Source: Podarcis bocagei (lineage: Eukaryota). Taken from it: a DNA stretch of 64,000 nucleotides. The notes beneath the pieces were generated by a model. That model saw nothing but the letters and a program-made list of their open reading frames with translations, was not told where the DNA came from and ran no database searches. The stretch lies in NCBI GenBank assembly GCA_964188305.1, contig OZ076899.1; one strand, written 5' to 3'. The position numbers and the translations under genes were made by a program. This document shows, piece after piece, positions 27,101 through 38,044 of the stretch (the first letter of the stretch is position 1; each line of letters begins with the position of its first letter).

Positions 27101-30100
27101 AAAGCAGTTTTCAATTAGAATAATTTTCCAAATGCTGGTAGTACAATGGTCCCCATACACAACATTGCACTATATTTTATGCTCACTGCCCACTTCTTTG
27201 TAAACATGAACATTAGGAAGAAAGCTACCATGAATGCCTTCTTGTTTCAGCTGGATGACAAACAGTACTGCAATATCACACTTACTGTAAATTGTAATAT
27301 AAAGTTTTCATTTAAAATATTTAAAGTATCTATATATTGACTTATAAACATGGCAGTGCCTTGAAATACAATCCCTGAAATTATAATCCATAGAAAAAGC
27401 AGCAAAAAACCCAGCAATAGTAGATTGCCAACGTATCTGATTTTATTTATCTCAAAGTTTTTTGGTCTAGAAAGGTACAATCGGCATAACTAAATAACTA
27501 TCACAAAATCAATAAGGTTTCTAAAAATGCTATTTCTCAAGTCAGCTTCAAAAAAGTTGTACAGTTGTACCTCGGCTCCTCAACGCCTTAGGAGTAGAAT
27601 GTTCCGGCTCCCAAACAGAAACTGGAAGTGAGTGTTCTGGTTTTCAAACGGATTTCCGGAACGGATTCTGTTCGACTTCCGAGATACAACTGTACTTATT
27701 CTGCAGCAGATTTATGAAATTCCAGGAGCAATGAAATTAAAAAGATTGCCTATAAAATAGAAAATCCCCCTCCCCCCAGATCAATTGTGTTAAAAATAAA
27801 ATAGCTAAGTAACTTTCAGAAGCTGAATGTTCAAAGCATGATACTAGTTAGGAAGAGAAAAGCAATCACACCCACAAATAATTGTATTTTGGGTAAGGAT
27901 ATTACTAAGATACCTATTTTGTCTCAACAAGATTTGACCAATTATAATTTGGCCTACTGGTCAGAACACAGGCATTTGGCAATGCACTTACAGAATTATT
28001 TTGGCCCAATTTACATGTACTTTCTTTACCTGATCTTAAAGATCCAATTCATGACTTGTGTGAGGAAACCTCACATTCTTATGGGGAAAATTCACTCAAA
28101 ACCTGGGACAATGAAATGCGGCCATTTCTGATAACTCATAAGTTAACTCTTGAAAGACACTGAGGACCTAGAAGCTCTCCCTGCTACTTGGTGGGGTTTT
28201 ATTGCTTATGCCAATAATGCTGATCTACAAAGTCTATTGCCAATACCGGCAGATAAAATTTGGAAGTCTTAAAAAAAATGTTACAGGCTAGATACTTTCT
28301 ATTTTTCTGTCACAATGTATGCTGCTGCTTAGAAGTCAGAATAGCATTTTATAGCTTTTCTAAATCTTGGTTTCCACATAGTTGATATGGTTTTCTTTTG
28401 TATTGTTTTTAAAATAAAAATCTAATGAAAAAACAGAAATTGTGAAAATGCAGTATTTTCTTCAGAAGACAACCTTCATTGCTACTGCAATGGTCTGAAT
28501 GCGGCTGGATTAGTGGCACAACTCCACTATTTCCATAGCTTTTTTATAATAAAAAAACACATTTTGGAGGCTCTGTGCTCTACCTAATGTTCATGTACTT
28601 CTATATATCGTTAATACTGGGGAACCAGTATTACTATTCCCACCCATCTATAACATACACATATTATACTACTAGCATTGAACATCACACAAAGGTTAAG
28701 ACATATCTGGGGCAGCTTTGATGGATTGTGTAAATAACACTGAGACTTACAGGGCAATCCTATAAAAACCAACAAGCAACTAGGATGACCTTTGAATTGT
28801 TTACTATCCTAAGATTTCCTGTTCCAAATGTCATTTACATGAGACCGATAGATTTATTTATTTCTTCTTTATTTATTTCTTCTCAGGATAAGAGAATCTA
28901 ATGAACTTCACAAACCTTGACATCTGTAATGGTTCTAATATGTCAGATTTTATGTTTTAGCATATAGTGATGCCGGTGTCATGCCGGTGACAAATTAAAT
29001 TTTTATATTGCATTTTATGCCACCAGTGGTTGAAATGTTCCAACTCACCCTGAGAATTTGGAGGACAGGAAATCAAATTGAATATTAAATAAAGAAGCCA
29101 CTAAAACTGAGTAAGCAGTTACAGCACAATCCATTAAACGTTATCAAGCACCCTCTCTACACTTCAGCTAATTGTGCCCACAATCTACCTTTCATGGAAA
29201 CTAAGTTAAACTATGTGTAGAGTTGGCAGTTGCACTTAGAATTTGAAAAATATTACGATACTGCCACCAACAAAGTTATATGACTCACATTCTCGACCAG
29301 TCTCATCATTAGCTTACCAGTATTATCTTTGGCAACAAGCCCTTTGGAGGAGTCACATGGTGTCGGTGAAATTTGACTGACTCTCTTAGTTGCATCATGG
29401 CTGTTACAATACTCCCATCTCCTCTGCTGAAGCTCCTGAAGCCAGTACTTCATATCCTGGTGTGTTGGTGCCTGTTACACACACAAGCAGAAATGTTGAA
29501 AACATTACAAGAGGAATACTGCACAAGGAATGGAAGGTGCCTGCATACGCATGAAAACACAAAAAGGTGCCTGTCATCTGTTTGAAAATACAGAAAGGCT
29601 GCTACATTATGGCTGGTCGTCCATAAGCTGCACTAAAATGGAAATAACCCAACAACTGTGTTCAGGGATTTGCATCCTTCTATGCTAAGTATTTATTTAC
29701 AAGATAAAAGATGCAGTTCTGATTTGTGTATGTGGCTCATGCAGTCCAAATTCCATCTAAGTTGGGGACCTGTCATGCAAGCCTAGCTATTGCATTTTTT
29801 GCAATGGCTTGTTGTCCTATTACATGTCCTATTACATTAGTTGACAACAGGAATCTTTAACTTGGACTGCTTTTACCATGTTGTTATTTGAAGGCATCAG
29901 CACAGTGCTCTATGTGTTCACACTTTATCCATGCTTGCCACTACTTTCTTCAAACTGATCTAGATTGGCCTACAATAAGAATAAGAATAATATTTATTAT
30001 AGGATCATGTTTAGTAACAGAATGAATACTTTCAGAATAATGAATCTCATATACAGAGCAACTTGGGGCAGATGGAGAGACCACAATGGACTCTTGATTA

Positions 30101-33100
30101 TTGGGGAGTCCATTTTTCATGATGTGGTTTATATTTTTCAGACTGCCTTTCCAAAACTTAAAATATTTGTCTAATGATGAATGTTTACAGTTTGTCTTCC
30201 CTATAAAGAAAACATGTTACGTATTGATAGGATCGAGGAACAGGAAAGAAAGCTGAAACCTCAAAGAAATAGGCAACCACAACATATGCTGTGAGTTAAT
30301 TCATCTTCCTGTCACAGTGAAAGCAATAAAGGTCAGCATCACTCAGGCAAATAAGCCTGCAGCATCTTAAATACTAATGAATTTATTGTGACATTAGCTT
30401 TCATAGGAAAGGCATGAAATTATCTGGAAGAGACAGTGCTTGACTGCTAGTTAAGGGAAGGTATGTTCTGACTCAATAGGAAAAACCCACAAGAGGAAGC
30501 CAATTGTCAAGAAACTGCATTGCATCATGTTTGAATAACAGCACCATTCTCAGAAGTCCCACTGTAACCCCTGTAACTTATTCTCAGGGAGGCCTAACAG
30601 GATTGGAGTTCAGTGGGGTGCATGTCTGGGTAAACAAGTATTCAATTAGGATGTACAACATTTACTTGGAAGCAATTCCCACCAACCAGTGACACTGCAA
30701 CAGACACAGCTTTTGTGCAATTTTTTTTTTACTGCGCAACTTTTCAGTCACAACTATCTAGCAAGGTTACCTTCATTTTCTCCAGGTAATAAAGAACCTG
30801 TGGGTTGATATCTTAGGATTCAGGATATGACAGGCCTAAAACCATTTTGCTCTTTTCCTGTAGCTTTCACAACCTCCAGTTTAAGCCAATATGGTTCAGA
30901 AAACATCACCACACCATTACCTACATCACAGGATTAGCAAAAGCATTTTGCACACTTAACATTTCTGACCTTGGAACAGGAGGCTGCCAAAATGAATAGG
31001 ATCCCAATGCAGCCAGAAGCCACATTGCTCTAGTACAACAGGCCTGAAGTTGCATTACACGAACACAGCACAACTGCTAGCTATAAAGTGGTGACTTGGA
31101 AAAACTCCCCAAAGGACACAGATTTAATATTTCCAAGTCATTTCTTAGTGTTCCTATAATGTTAAGAATAATGGATGGGAGAGTCCATCCCATGATACAT
31201 TCAGAAACTGTGAATCAGCAGCAAGTTTAGGAATATTAAAGCATGTGAGCATGAAGAAGCCTATGTTTGATTTGACTTTCTTCCTTGAAAATATTGTTCT
31301 GCTCTTATACGGAGTTTTTCCTTGAAAGGATAAATCCATTAAGCTTGAAATGTAAAGCACAAATTCAGTAATGAGCTCCATTTAATCCTGAAATAAATAC
31401 TTAAGAACACCAATGCCTAAACTAAACATTTGGCAGCAAAATTATTATTCTTTTAATAGGCTTTAGGAATCCTCTTCACACCCAAACCCTAAGAGCCAAT
31501 GAAGTAGGACAAGATGCTTGGATAATCCAGGATGTTCTTTTCACAGAGCCATCATTGGAGTTTTTGCAAGATAAAGGAGGTTATTACTATCGTGAACAGC
31601 TACAGAACATGGAACCATATTTCATCAACCATAGTTTCCCAGCTTGGACAAACCAGGGAGCTATGGCTTGTTTGATCACTCCTATGTAGAAAAGAATGAA
31701 GCAGCAGCACATGAGTGAATAAGGTTTGTTCATTTAGCAGAATGTTAAGATGAAACACAGTGGCCGAAACACAGCTAAAGAATAAGTGTAACAAGTCACA
31801 GAAGGTGGCTCAAAGCCAGATCAGCAACATCAGAGCAAAAGGGAAGCGAAGCCCAACAAAAATGATAGAACTAACAATTAAGGAAGAACCAATTGTCCAC
31901 CTTATTCTTTTGTCACTCCACCCCACCAAATATTAGTGCCACCTGATACTGTGAAATTACTGCATTGATACTCAACTAGAAAAGGGAAAGGTATGCCTCT
32001 TGCAGTCACAGGTCAAGGCAACGTTGAAATGTTGGAAGCAGGTACATCCAGGGTGCATTTTAACATACTCATCCTGGCTACTGAAGCAATTCATTGTTTT
32101 ACAGTCCCACTGTAAGTATGTTTCCTCAGAAATAAACCTCACAATGTTCACCAGGACTTAAATCCAAATATGTGTGCAAAGGATTGCTGCCAGCTATTAC
32201 ACCACATTTTGCCTTCATGCTGTATACAGATTGCTGTTCAAGCCCTCAGCTCCAACCTACTGAGCAAGATGCTATAATTCTCAGAATGATTTTGTAACAG
32301 AGCACCTAATATCTACAAGAGAAAATTACTTATGGAAACTTATCACTGAAGAGCACAGCTCTCTCAGAACTTGTTAAATCAGAGAAACATTTTCATTTAC
32401 AGTTTTAAATGCATTGTTTATTACATTATTTGTACATGGATAGCAATACCAAAAGCAGAGCAATAAATGCAATTTCTATTTTTTTTATTACTGTTTGGAC
32501 ATGTTTTGGTATTGCAGTTACACATGGCATGTGGCTTTAGGCACAGACAGCACTGAAATACTGTTTTATTAGCTTGTGGGGCTAGACTACTCTGCTGAAG
32601 AAATAATTCTGGTATGAATTGTGGAGTAAAAGGTCTAGCTCTGTCCTGCAACTCAGTTGTTTCACCTTGCTTTTCTTGTATTATAACTAACGGGGAAGTG
32701 AGTTGTTCCAGCTCTTCCTGCAATACTGACTGATGGTTTCTTGGCTTACCCCACAGACTATCTTGACAGAGGTGCCATGTGGTCTTTGCCACCATCCCAG
32801 CTCAGCAGCTCTCTAGGTACTGCCCACAATGACACTGATAAGTGTGCACTTTAGCCATGCTTTAGGGTAGGTACCTTTGGATATGAAACTGGAAGGTTTT
32901 CCTTCCCTCAGTCTTTATCGCTTGGGTGAAAGAGATTCAAAACAAAACCAGAAGTTATCAAAGGGGAAAGAGAACAGGTGCTCCAGATTAGTTAATGTTG
33001 ATTTGTGTGTGTGTTTTTAGTGTAATCATCTTGGTAACACAAATACATGGTTAGGCAAACCAAATTGAATTCTCCAACAATCTCTTCCTCTGATCCTGCA

Positions 33101-34213
33101 TATAGATGGATAAGGATTTCCAAGGAAGTGCCAGACGATATGCCCAGACAGGTTAACCTATCTGGAAAGAATATCTGTGTGCCAGAGAACATGCTTTGCA
33201 TACAAACAGTAACAGGTATATCCAGGCAGGGCTGGGAAATACCCATTTGAAATTCTGGAGAACCCCTGCTAAGCAGAGTAGTCAACACTGAGCTGGATGG
33301 AGGAGTGGTCTGACTCTGCGGAAGCCACTTGCACAAGCCTATATGTAGAAGCAAGCTCTGCTTGAGCCCAGATGGTTTTGGGATCTGGGTCCTTCAGACA
33401 GGGCAGTTGGTGGAGGAGCAAAGATTTGAGGGAATGCTTTTTCCAACAATCAAGCTGTATGTAAACTTTATGAAATAAATACTGTAAATAACGCTTAACG
33501 GGACTCATTGACAGGTTAAAAAGGGGGGGGGGAGCGCGCATGGTGGTGAGCCTCGAGGAAGCGACCTTACCTGAGAAAGTTACCTGAGAGCAAGCCCCGC
33601 CCCACAAGCCTAAGCGGGCTGGCTTGGAGGTCCATCCCCGCCTCGGAGAGTTCCCTGACCCGCTTGACCCTCCCTCAGGACCCCTTTGGCCGGCGAAGCG
33701 GGGCAGCTACCCCGGACCCACCCCGGGGAGGCCCCGTTCTACCTTGAGGACGGTGACGCCGCCGCCGGGGCTGTGGATCTCGAATGTGCTGCCGAGGGCG
33801 GCCTCGACATCCCCGACGCCGCCGCTGCTGCTGCTGCTGCCGCCGCCGGAAAAGGAGCAGGAGGACGAGGCGGCGGAGAAGGAGGCGGAGGCCGGGGCGG
33901 CGGCGCTGGGGGCGGCGGCGCCGGGGGTCTCGGCCGGCTGGTGGTAGCTGAAGGAGGCTCCGGCGATGTCGAGGCGTCCGAGGGGCACCGCCTCCTGGGA
34001 GCCCTTGAAGTAGTAGAGGGCGCAGCAGCGCGGGTCGAAGGCGAACCAGCGGCTGCGGAAGCCCCGCAGCGGGCCCTTCCCCGTCAGCTTCTGCAGGTAG
34101 CCGCACAGCCGGGGCCGCTCCGAGGCCGAGGGGGGCGCCGCCGCCGGAGGAGGACCTTCCCCAGGCGCGGCGCCGCCGCCTTCTGCCTCCTCGCAGCAGC
34201 CCGCAGAAGGCAT
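790..34213 (-). CDS. TBC1D2B: TBC1 domain family member 2B (PH + coiled-coil + Rab-GAP TBC); coding exons 1-12, final exon outside window
   Basis: 12 GT-AG exons with consistent phases: 33743-34213, 29318-29471, 24050-24215, 19103-19254, 17789-18006, 15408-15803, 14295-14405, 13453-13646, 10293-10787, 2931-3048, 2147-2332, 790-911. Peptides match TBC1D2B as I recall it (LCGYLQKLTGKGPLRG, ELVRLLQQTVRSSQYDKYF, IELDLLRT, GYCQGLN). Confidence 0.96.
1653..1891. mobile_element. Non-autonomous hAT (Charlie-type) MITE
   Basis: Imperfect TIRs caggagtcagcaaac / gtttgcctacccatg; 8-bp TSD TGCTAAAT. Confidence 0.85.
2147..2332 (-). CDS. TBC1D2B: TBC1D2B exon 11
   Basis: VDQRVFKDLMSEKLPRLH...IWDSFLYEGPK. 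Confidence 0.95.
2931..3048 (-). CDS. TBC1D2B: TBC1D2B exon 10
   Basis: LVAIALLYLEQEDAFWCLVTIVEVFMPRDYYTKTLLGSQ|gtatgg. Confidence 0.95.
3200..3570 (+). mobile_element. Degenerate L2-clade LINE ORF2 3' fragment
   Basis: Decayed YCN..Y.GLP...LQ.VQN.AAR coding motif. Confidence 0.6.
3901..3941 (+). repeat. (CAG)n microsatellite
   Basis: About 13 CAG/CAA units. Confidence 0.9.
4330..4680 (+). mobile_element. Degenerate L1-clade LINE RT fragment (left of Copia-A)
   Basis: RGTKQDYPLLPLQFAAVIEALA resembles RGTRQGCPLSPLLF..VIE.LA. Confidence 0.65.
4737..5190 (-). repeat. Copia-A 3' LTR
   Basis: Direct repeat of 8938-9391; AATAAA on minus strand at 4871-4876. Confidence 0.95.
5244..8701 (-). pseudogene. 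Copia-A gag-pol, broken into three ORFs (6767-8701 Gag/PR/IN; 6094-6756 IN C-term/RT start; 5244-6080 RT end/RNase H)
   Basis: CFRCGSSAHLKRQC knuckle, VVDSGAS protease, HHCC and D-D-E integrase, YCDSDW RNase H; +1 frameshift in T7 run 6772-6778; RT core (YVDD) missing at junction near 6114. Confidence 0.92.
8938..9391 (-). repeat. Copia-A 5' LTR
   Basis: Direct repeat of 4737-5190; abuts PBS. Confidence 0.95.
9440..10100 (+). mobile_element. Degenerate L1-clade LINE ORF2 fragment (right of Copia-A)
   Basis: LSWLGQIAAVKV.IL...FFFQALPI...GGLGAPNLKLYY typical of L1 ORF2 downstream of RT. Confidence 0.7.
10293..10787 (-). CDS. TBC1D2B: TBC1D2B exon 9 (N-terminal TBC domain, R- and Q-finger motifs)
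   Basis: EYDIYGF...QIELDLLRT...GYCQGLN. Confidence 0.95.
10954..11313 (+). mobile_element. Sauria SINE (diverged)
   Basis: ggcgctgtggtctaaa...gctcctgccaacctagcag...caagtagataaatagg...cctttacc tail. Confidence 0.85.
12057..12109 (+). repeat. (ATT)n microsatellite
   Basis: About 17 units. Confidence 0.95.
12789..12935. mobile_element. hAT-type MITE
   Basis: Perfect 17-bp TIR CAGTGGCGTAGCGTGGG; 8-bp TSD ATTGTCCT. Confidence 0.9.
13453..13646 (-). CDS. TBC1D2B: TBC1D2B exon 8
   Basis: YTSLEAKLCQVESKYLILLQEMKTPVCSE...KPHMV. Confidence 0.94.
14295..14405 (-). CDS. TBC1D2B: TBC1D2B exon 7
   Basis: Read manually: DSLQGYKNQNKFLNKEILELSALRRTAENRERDLMTK; 111 nt, phase 0/0. Confidence 0.92.
15408..15803 (-). 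CDS. TBC1D2B: TBC1D2B exon 6 (coiled coil)
   Basis: ELVRLLQQTVRSSQYDKYF...ELDRLK|gtaagg. Confidence 0.94.
17331..17672 (-). mobile_element. Sauria SINE (diverged, reverse)
   Basis: Reverse-complement SINE blocks (ttccgggtcatgtggc, gctttcgaa.tgctaggttggcag). Confidence 0.8.
17789..18006 (-). CDS. TBC1D2B: TBC1D2B exon 5
   Basis: FPFDFGR...ASEMQLKFQSQQEELE...SQK|gtaact. Confidence 0.92.
19103..19254 (-). CDS. TBC1D2B: TBC1D2B exon 4
   Basis: NSVSSLRTGKG...FYTEEWEFLDTKDLEESIVQ; phases fit neighbours. Confidence 0.9.
19794..20560. mobile_element. Partial Tc1/mariner (Tigger-like) non-autonomous element
   Basis: TA+CAGTGGTACCTCGG terminus; internal direct repeat near 20032-20070 and 20515-20550; right end not clear. 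Confidence 0.55.
22393..22528. mobile_element. Palindromic hAT MITE
   Basis: Long inverted repeats; 8-bp TSD ATCTGGAG. Confidence 0.85.
24050..24215 (-). CDS. TBC1D2B: TBC1D2B exon 3
   Basis: NASAEKARNVL...ELVGEQAACQPAPG; tag| and |gtgagt. Confidence 0.92.
24475..24665. mobile_element. hAT MITE
   Basis: TIR cagagctttccaaac / gtttgaaaagctctg; 8-bp TSD CATTAAAG. Confidence 0.88.
27562..27692. mobile_element. Short Tc1/mariner-type MITE
   Basis: TA-flanked TIR cagttgtacctcgg / ccgagatacaactg. Confidence 0.75.
29318..29471 (-). CDS. TBC1D2B: TBC1D2B exon 2
   Basis: APTHQDMKYWLQELQQRRWEYCNS...KGLVAKDNT; cag| and |gtaagc. Confidence 0.93.
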
Positions 34214-34490
34214 CGCGGCGGCAAGAGCAGCAGCAGCAGCAGCAGCGCCGCCGCCGCCTCTCTGCGCTCCGGAGAGGGTGTGAGGCTACAGGGCTGGGCG
34301 GCCTTCCGCAGCGCCCTCCCCAGACCTGGCTTTGCCCCCGGAGCATGCTGGGACTTGTAGTCCGCTCTTTCTGAGGCGAAGGGCCTGGCCGCCTACGCCT
34401 CCGCCCTTCTCCCCGCCTCGGTAGGCCCTGAGGAGGCAAGGGCGAGGGTTGCCCATAGGCCAGGAGGCGCGCGAGGTGGCGGTGGGGTTA
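33530..34490. promoter_or_regulatory. CpG island / TBC1D2B promoter and 5' UTR
   Basis: About 1 kb of very GC- and CpG-rich sequence over exon 1 in a CpG-depleted background; GGACTTGTAGTCC (ZNF143-associated ACTACA-type palindrome) near 34350. Confidence 0.85.
33743..34213 (-). CDS. TBC1D2B: TBC1D2B exon 1 (start codon, PH domain)
   Basis: MPSAGCC...RLCGYLQKLTGKGPLRGFRSRWF...VTVLK, donor AAG|gtagaa. Confidence 0.93.
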
Positions 34491-35297
34491 ATTTAAATTA
34501 ATTATAAGCGTTCTTGCTGGCTTTTTAGTGATTTATTTCCTGAATTCATTTTCCATACCGCCTTTCTTCCAAGGAGCTCAAGGCGGCGTTCGGGGTTCTT
34601 GCAGTTCCCATTTAATTTCCTCACATCGCTCCTGTGAGGAAGAGTAAGTGGCCCAAGGTCACATGCAGTGAGCTTCATGTGGTAAATATATTTATTTAAT
34701 TTGTATATCACCCATCCTTTGAAGATTTGAACCCTGGAGTCTCCAGGTCTGACCCTCTTACTGCTGGCTCCTGCTATACGGTATATTGCGATGTATCACT
34801 TGATTGTTTTAAAAAACAAAATAAAACTCAAAGTGGCATACAAAAATATTAATAAATTTATTGGTAAAGGCAATTAACAACAACATACATTTAAAGTACA
34901 TTCAGAGCACAGTGCTTCTCCCAGATCCTGGGAACAAGTTTCCCCTTTGGCTACGATTCCCAGCACCCTGAACAGACGACTGTTCCCAGGATTGGGGGGG
35001 GGGGGCAGGTAAGTAATGCATGGTGTGTAAGCAGCCATAGTTTCCAAGGAGCTTCCAAACCAGAATCTCAAACTGTTTTGAAGATGATTTGGGCAAACTG
35101 GTGTTCAGTGTTACTTCTGGACCAACAAAAAATGGTTTCAAACATTTCCCTGCCCTCAGTGACTTTTGTTGGTAGAATCCAGGGATTATTAGGAAGGGCG
35201 AACAAAGAACCCATGGTTTACTTGGATCTCTGCAATACAATTGACGCGCTGTGGTTTTATCTCAGTGTAAACCATGGTTTGCTGTTACACCTGCATA

Positions 35298-35633
35298 CAG
35301 TGGTGCCTCGCAAGACGAAAATAATCCGTTCTGTGATTCTCTTCGTCTAGCGGTTTTTTCGTCTTGCGAAGCAAGCCCATTGAAGGATTAGCGCTATTAG
35401 CACTATTAGCGGCTTTTAGCGGCTTTTAGCGGCTTATCTGCTGATCGGATCAGCTGATTAGCGGCTTAGAAAAAGGGGGGGAGGGAAAAAACCAGCAGGA
35501 ACTCGCAAGACATTGTCGTCTTGCGAAGCAAGCCCATAGGAGATTCGTTTTGCGAAGCACCTCCAAAACGGAAAACCCTTTCGTCTAGCGGGTTTTCCGT
35601 CTTGCGAGGCATTCGTCTTGCGGGGCACCACTG
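35298..35633. mobile_element. Tc1/mariner-type MITE
   Basis: TA-flanked ~23-bp TIR cagtggtgcctcgcaagacgaa; internal ttagcggc repeats. Confidence 0.88.
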
Positions 35634-36249
35634 TATTTATTTATTGCATTTGGGTCATTCCGTGTCAAGTGATACAGAAACTTTTACCTTACCATTTTAA
35701 ATTACTCTCATTTTCAGTTTTCTAAAAATAGTATAAAAGAAGGTTCCAGATCTCTGTTTTTAATTTTTTTTAACTCATCCCATTTTTGAATTATTACGGT
35801 TTGGAATTTCAAATAATTGACAATTTTGGCCTTGCCCCCTACCTTAAAAGCTCAACCCAGACTTCAAACTATAATATCTGTTACTTCAGGCATTTCTTTT
35901 AAAAAGTTACTCAATTAGAAAGTATATGAAAAGCTAGTCAGGCTTTGCTTTTAAAAATGTATTCAAAAGTAGTTTCAGCTTGTTTGAACCAGCACTGACT
36001 GGCTTTTATGTGTATGGACAAGCTGTGGCTTGTTGTACAGGGCTCAGCAGTGAGTTGGGAGTCTTATCTCAGCTCTTGGGTTGATCAGTTTATTAAATTT
36101 TACTGTGACTCTGACATGTACTAATATATTTTCACTAAAGACTGTCTGCAAAAGAAAGAAATGTGATGTCTAATATGATATATTGCTGTAATCCTTTTAG
36201 TAAAATTAGTCACTAGCATCATCATTTGTTGACCCATCTAGTTGGGATA

Positions 36250-37325
36250 TACTCACCTTGTCATGGTGAGTGGGCTTGAACGTTCCTATGATCCTAGTGA
36301 GCAAAGCCGTTGGGAGTCTCGTACTCTCAATAGGGTCATGCAAGGCGGTAAGGTCCGGGGAGAGAAGCTAGACAAATAATGATCCAAGAAGACCTCAATG
36401 GTAGAACAGGCAGAAGATAACAAGCGGCATGTTACCACAGGTGTGAAGGTGGAAGAAGGCTGCAGCATATAAGAATCTACCGGCTGTCGTGATACTCATG
36501 GCATCGGAATAGAGCCTTACTGCAAAGAGTCCCATGGTGACTGGCAAATGGTAACAAGGGCAGGACCGTGAAATCTGGAAGCACCTGGTCATGAACCGTC
36601 ACATGGGTGGTGGATACAGATTCAGTCATTCTGCCTTAAGGAATGAGGCGTTGAATAGCTTGGCAGCTGTATCCACGACTGAGCAGTCCTATTTTGGATC
36701 CACTTTGCTCATCTCTAAAAGGAGAAGGGGCTAGAAAAGGTGCACTAAACATAGTCTGCCTCCTTTTTCCCCTGACTGCATTACTGCGCCCAGTGGGGTC
36801 ACCACCCAGCAGTCATAAAAGACAATTGACCTTTGGAACATGGAATAGACAGATTACACAAATAACGAGCGCCCCGAGCACAGGAGTGCTATCATTGCAA
36901 GAGAGTTGCGATGTTTTAACATAGATATTGCAGCTCTTAAAGAAACTTGAAGAGCAGGAGAGGGACAACTGAAGGAAGAAAAAGGAGGCTACACATTCTT
37001 CTGGAAAGGTCTACCTGAACAAGAAAGTCAAATATAGTCAGACTTCGTGTTACGTTTGCTTCACATTGTGGCTTTTCAGGTTACAAACACAGCAACCCCA
37101 GAAGTGTTTGCTTCCGAGTTCGCCATGCATGTACACGCAGAAGTGATCTGTGCACTTTGCACATGCACAGAAGCGCTCTATCGCGTTTTGCTCACATGCA
37201 GTAGTGGCGCTCTACTTACAGACTTTTCAGGGTGCGAACGGCACCTTGAAACTGATCATGTTCATAAGTAGAGGTACCACTGTACATGGAGTAGGCTTTG
37301 CTATCAAAAACGATATTGTGAAGCT
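36250..37325 (+). mobile_element. RTE-clade (BovB-like) LINE 5' fragment interrupted by a MITE
   Basis: Decayed APE endonuclease: FGTWN, NIDIAALKET, GYTFFWKG, HGVGFAIK. Confidence 0.75.
37040..37282. mobile_element. Tc1/mariner-type MITE remnant inside RTE LINE
   Basis: Right terminus gaggtaccactg+TA; left TIR lost. Confidence 0.6.
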
Positions 37326-37698
37326 TGTGGTAATAATTTACCTCTACACTACCTTGTTTGTTACCCAGGTGAGGAACAACCACCTTTTGAATAAATCACA
37401 GAACCAAGGAAACTATTTTCAAGTCCAGCATCTGGATTTAGGGACCCCGCATTTATTATAGCTATTGCAATAGGACAGAGCTCATTCAACATGCCAGTTA
37501 AGAAGGTCTGCCCCCAGGCACTTCAGAAAAAAAGCTCATATAGTAGTTCAACCACAGCAAACAAAGAGTCATAAAACATCTTGACATACGTCAGGAAAAT
37601 CATGAGAAGTAAAGCACATATGGCTCCATACTGATATCTTCACTCCTGCATCACCTTGGAGTGGCCCTGATGTGCCCAGGTCATTTGACCATCTTAGG

Positions 37699-38044
37699 CA
37701 GGGGTTGGCAAGGTTTACCTCACCTGGGCCGGTTCACTGGGGATCCTTCCGTGGGCCGGATCGCACGCAAGCATAAGCTTGCGTGGCTGTGATTTCCTGC
37801 GGCTGCATCTGCAGACATGATTTCCAGGGTCTGCGCCTGCACAGATGAGATTTTCAGCGTCTGAGCATGCGCAGACACGATTTCCAGCAACGCAGAAGCG
37901 AGTCTCTGCGCTGCGCTGCGCCAGTTTAGCATAGCACGTGGGGACTCGCCAAGTGGGCAGCTCGGTTCGGGGGCGGCTCGTGGGCCAGTTAAATGACCCC
38001 CGTGGGCCACTTGTGGCCCATGGGCCTTAGGTTGCCTACCCCTG
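37699..38044. mobile_element. hAT MITE
   Basis: TIR caggggttggcaa / ttgcctacccctg; 8-bp TSD ATCTTAGG. Confidence 0.88.

Noticed and set aside
33675-34439. 254-aa minus and 224-aa plus ORFs overlapping TBC1D2B exon 1
   Set aside because: Alternative frames of GC-rich, stop-poor CpG-island sequence; only the 34213 frame matches a known protein.
35340-35620. Regularly spaced short repeats (tcgtcttgcgaa, ttagcggc) resembling an array
   Set aside because: Internal repeats of a TA-flanked MITE; no constant repeat-spacer structure; eukaryotic DNA, not CRISPR.
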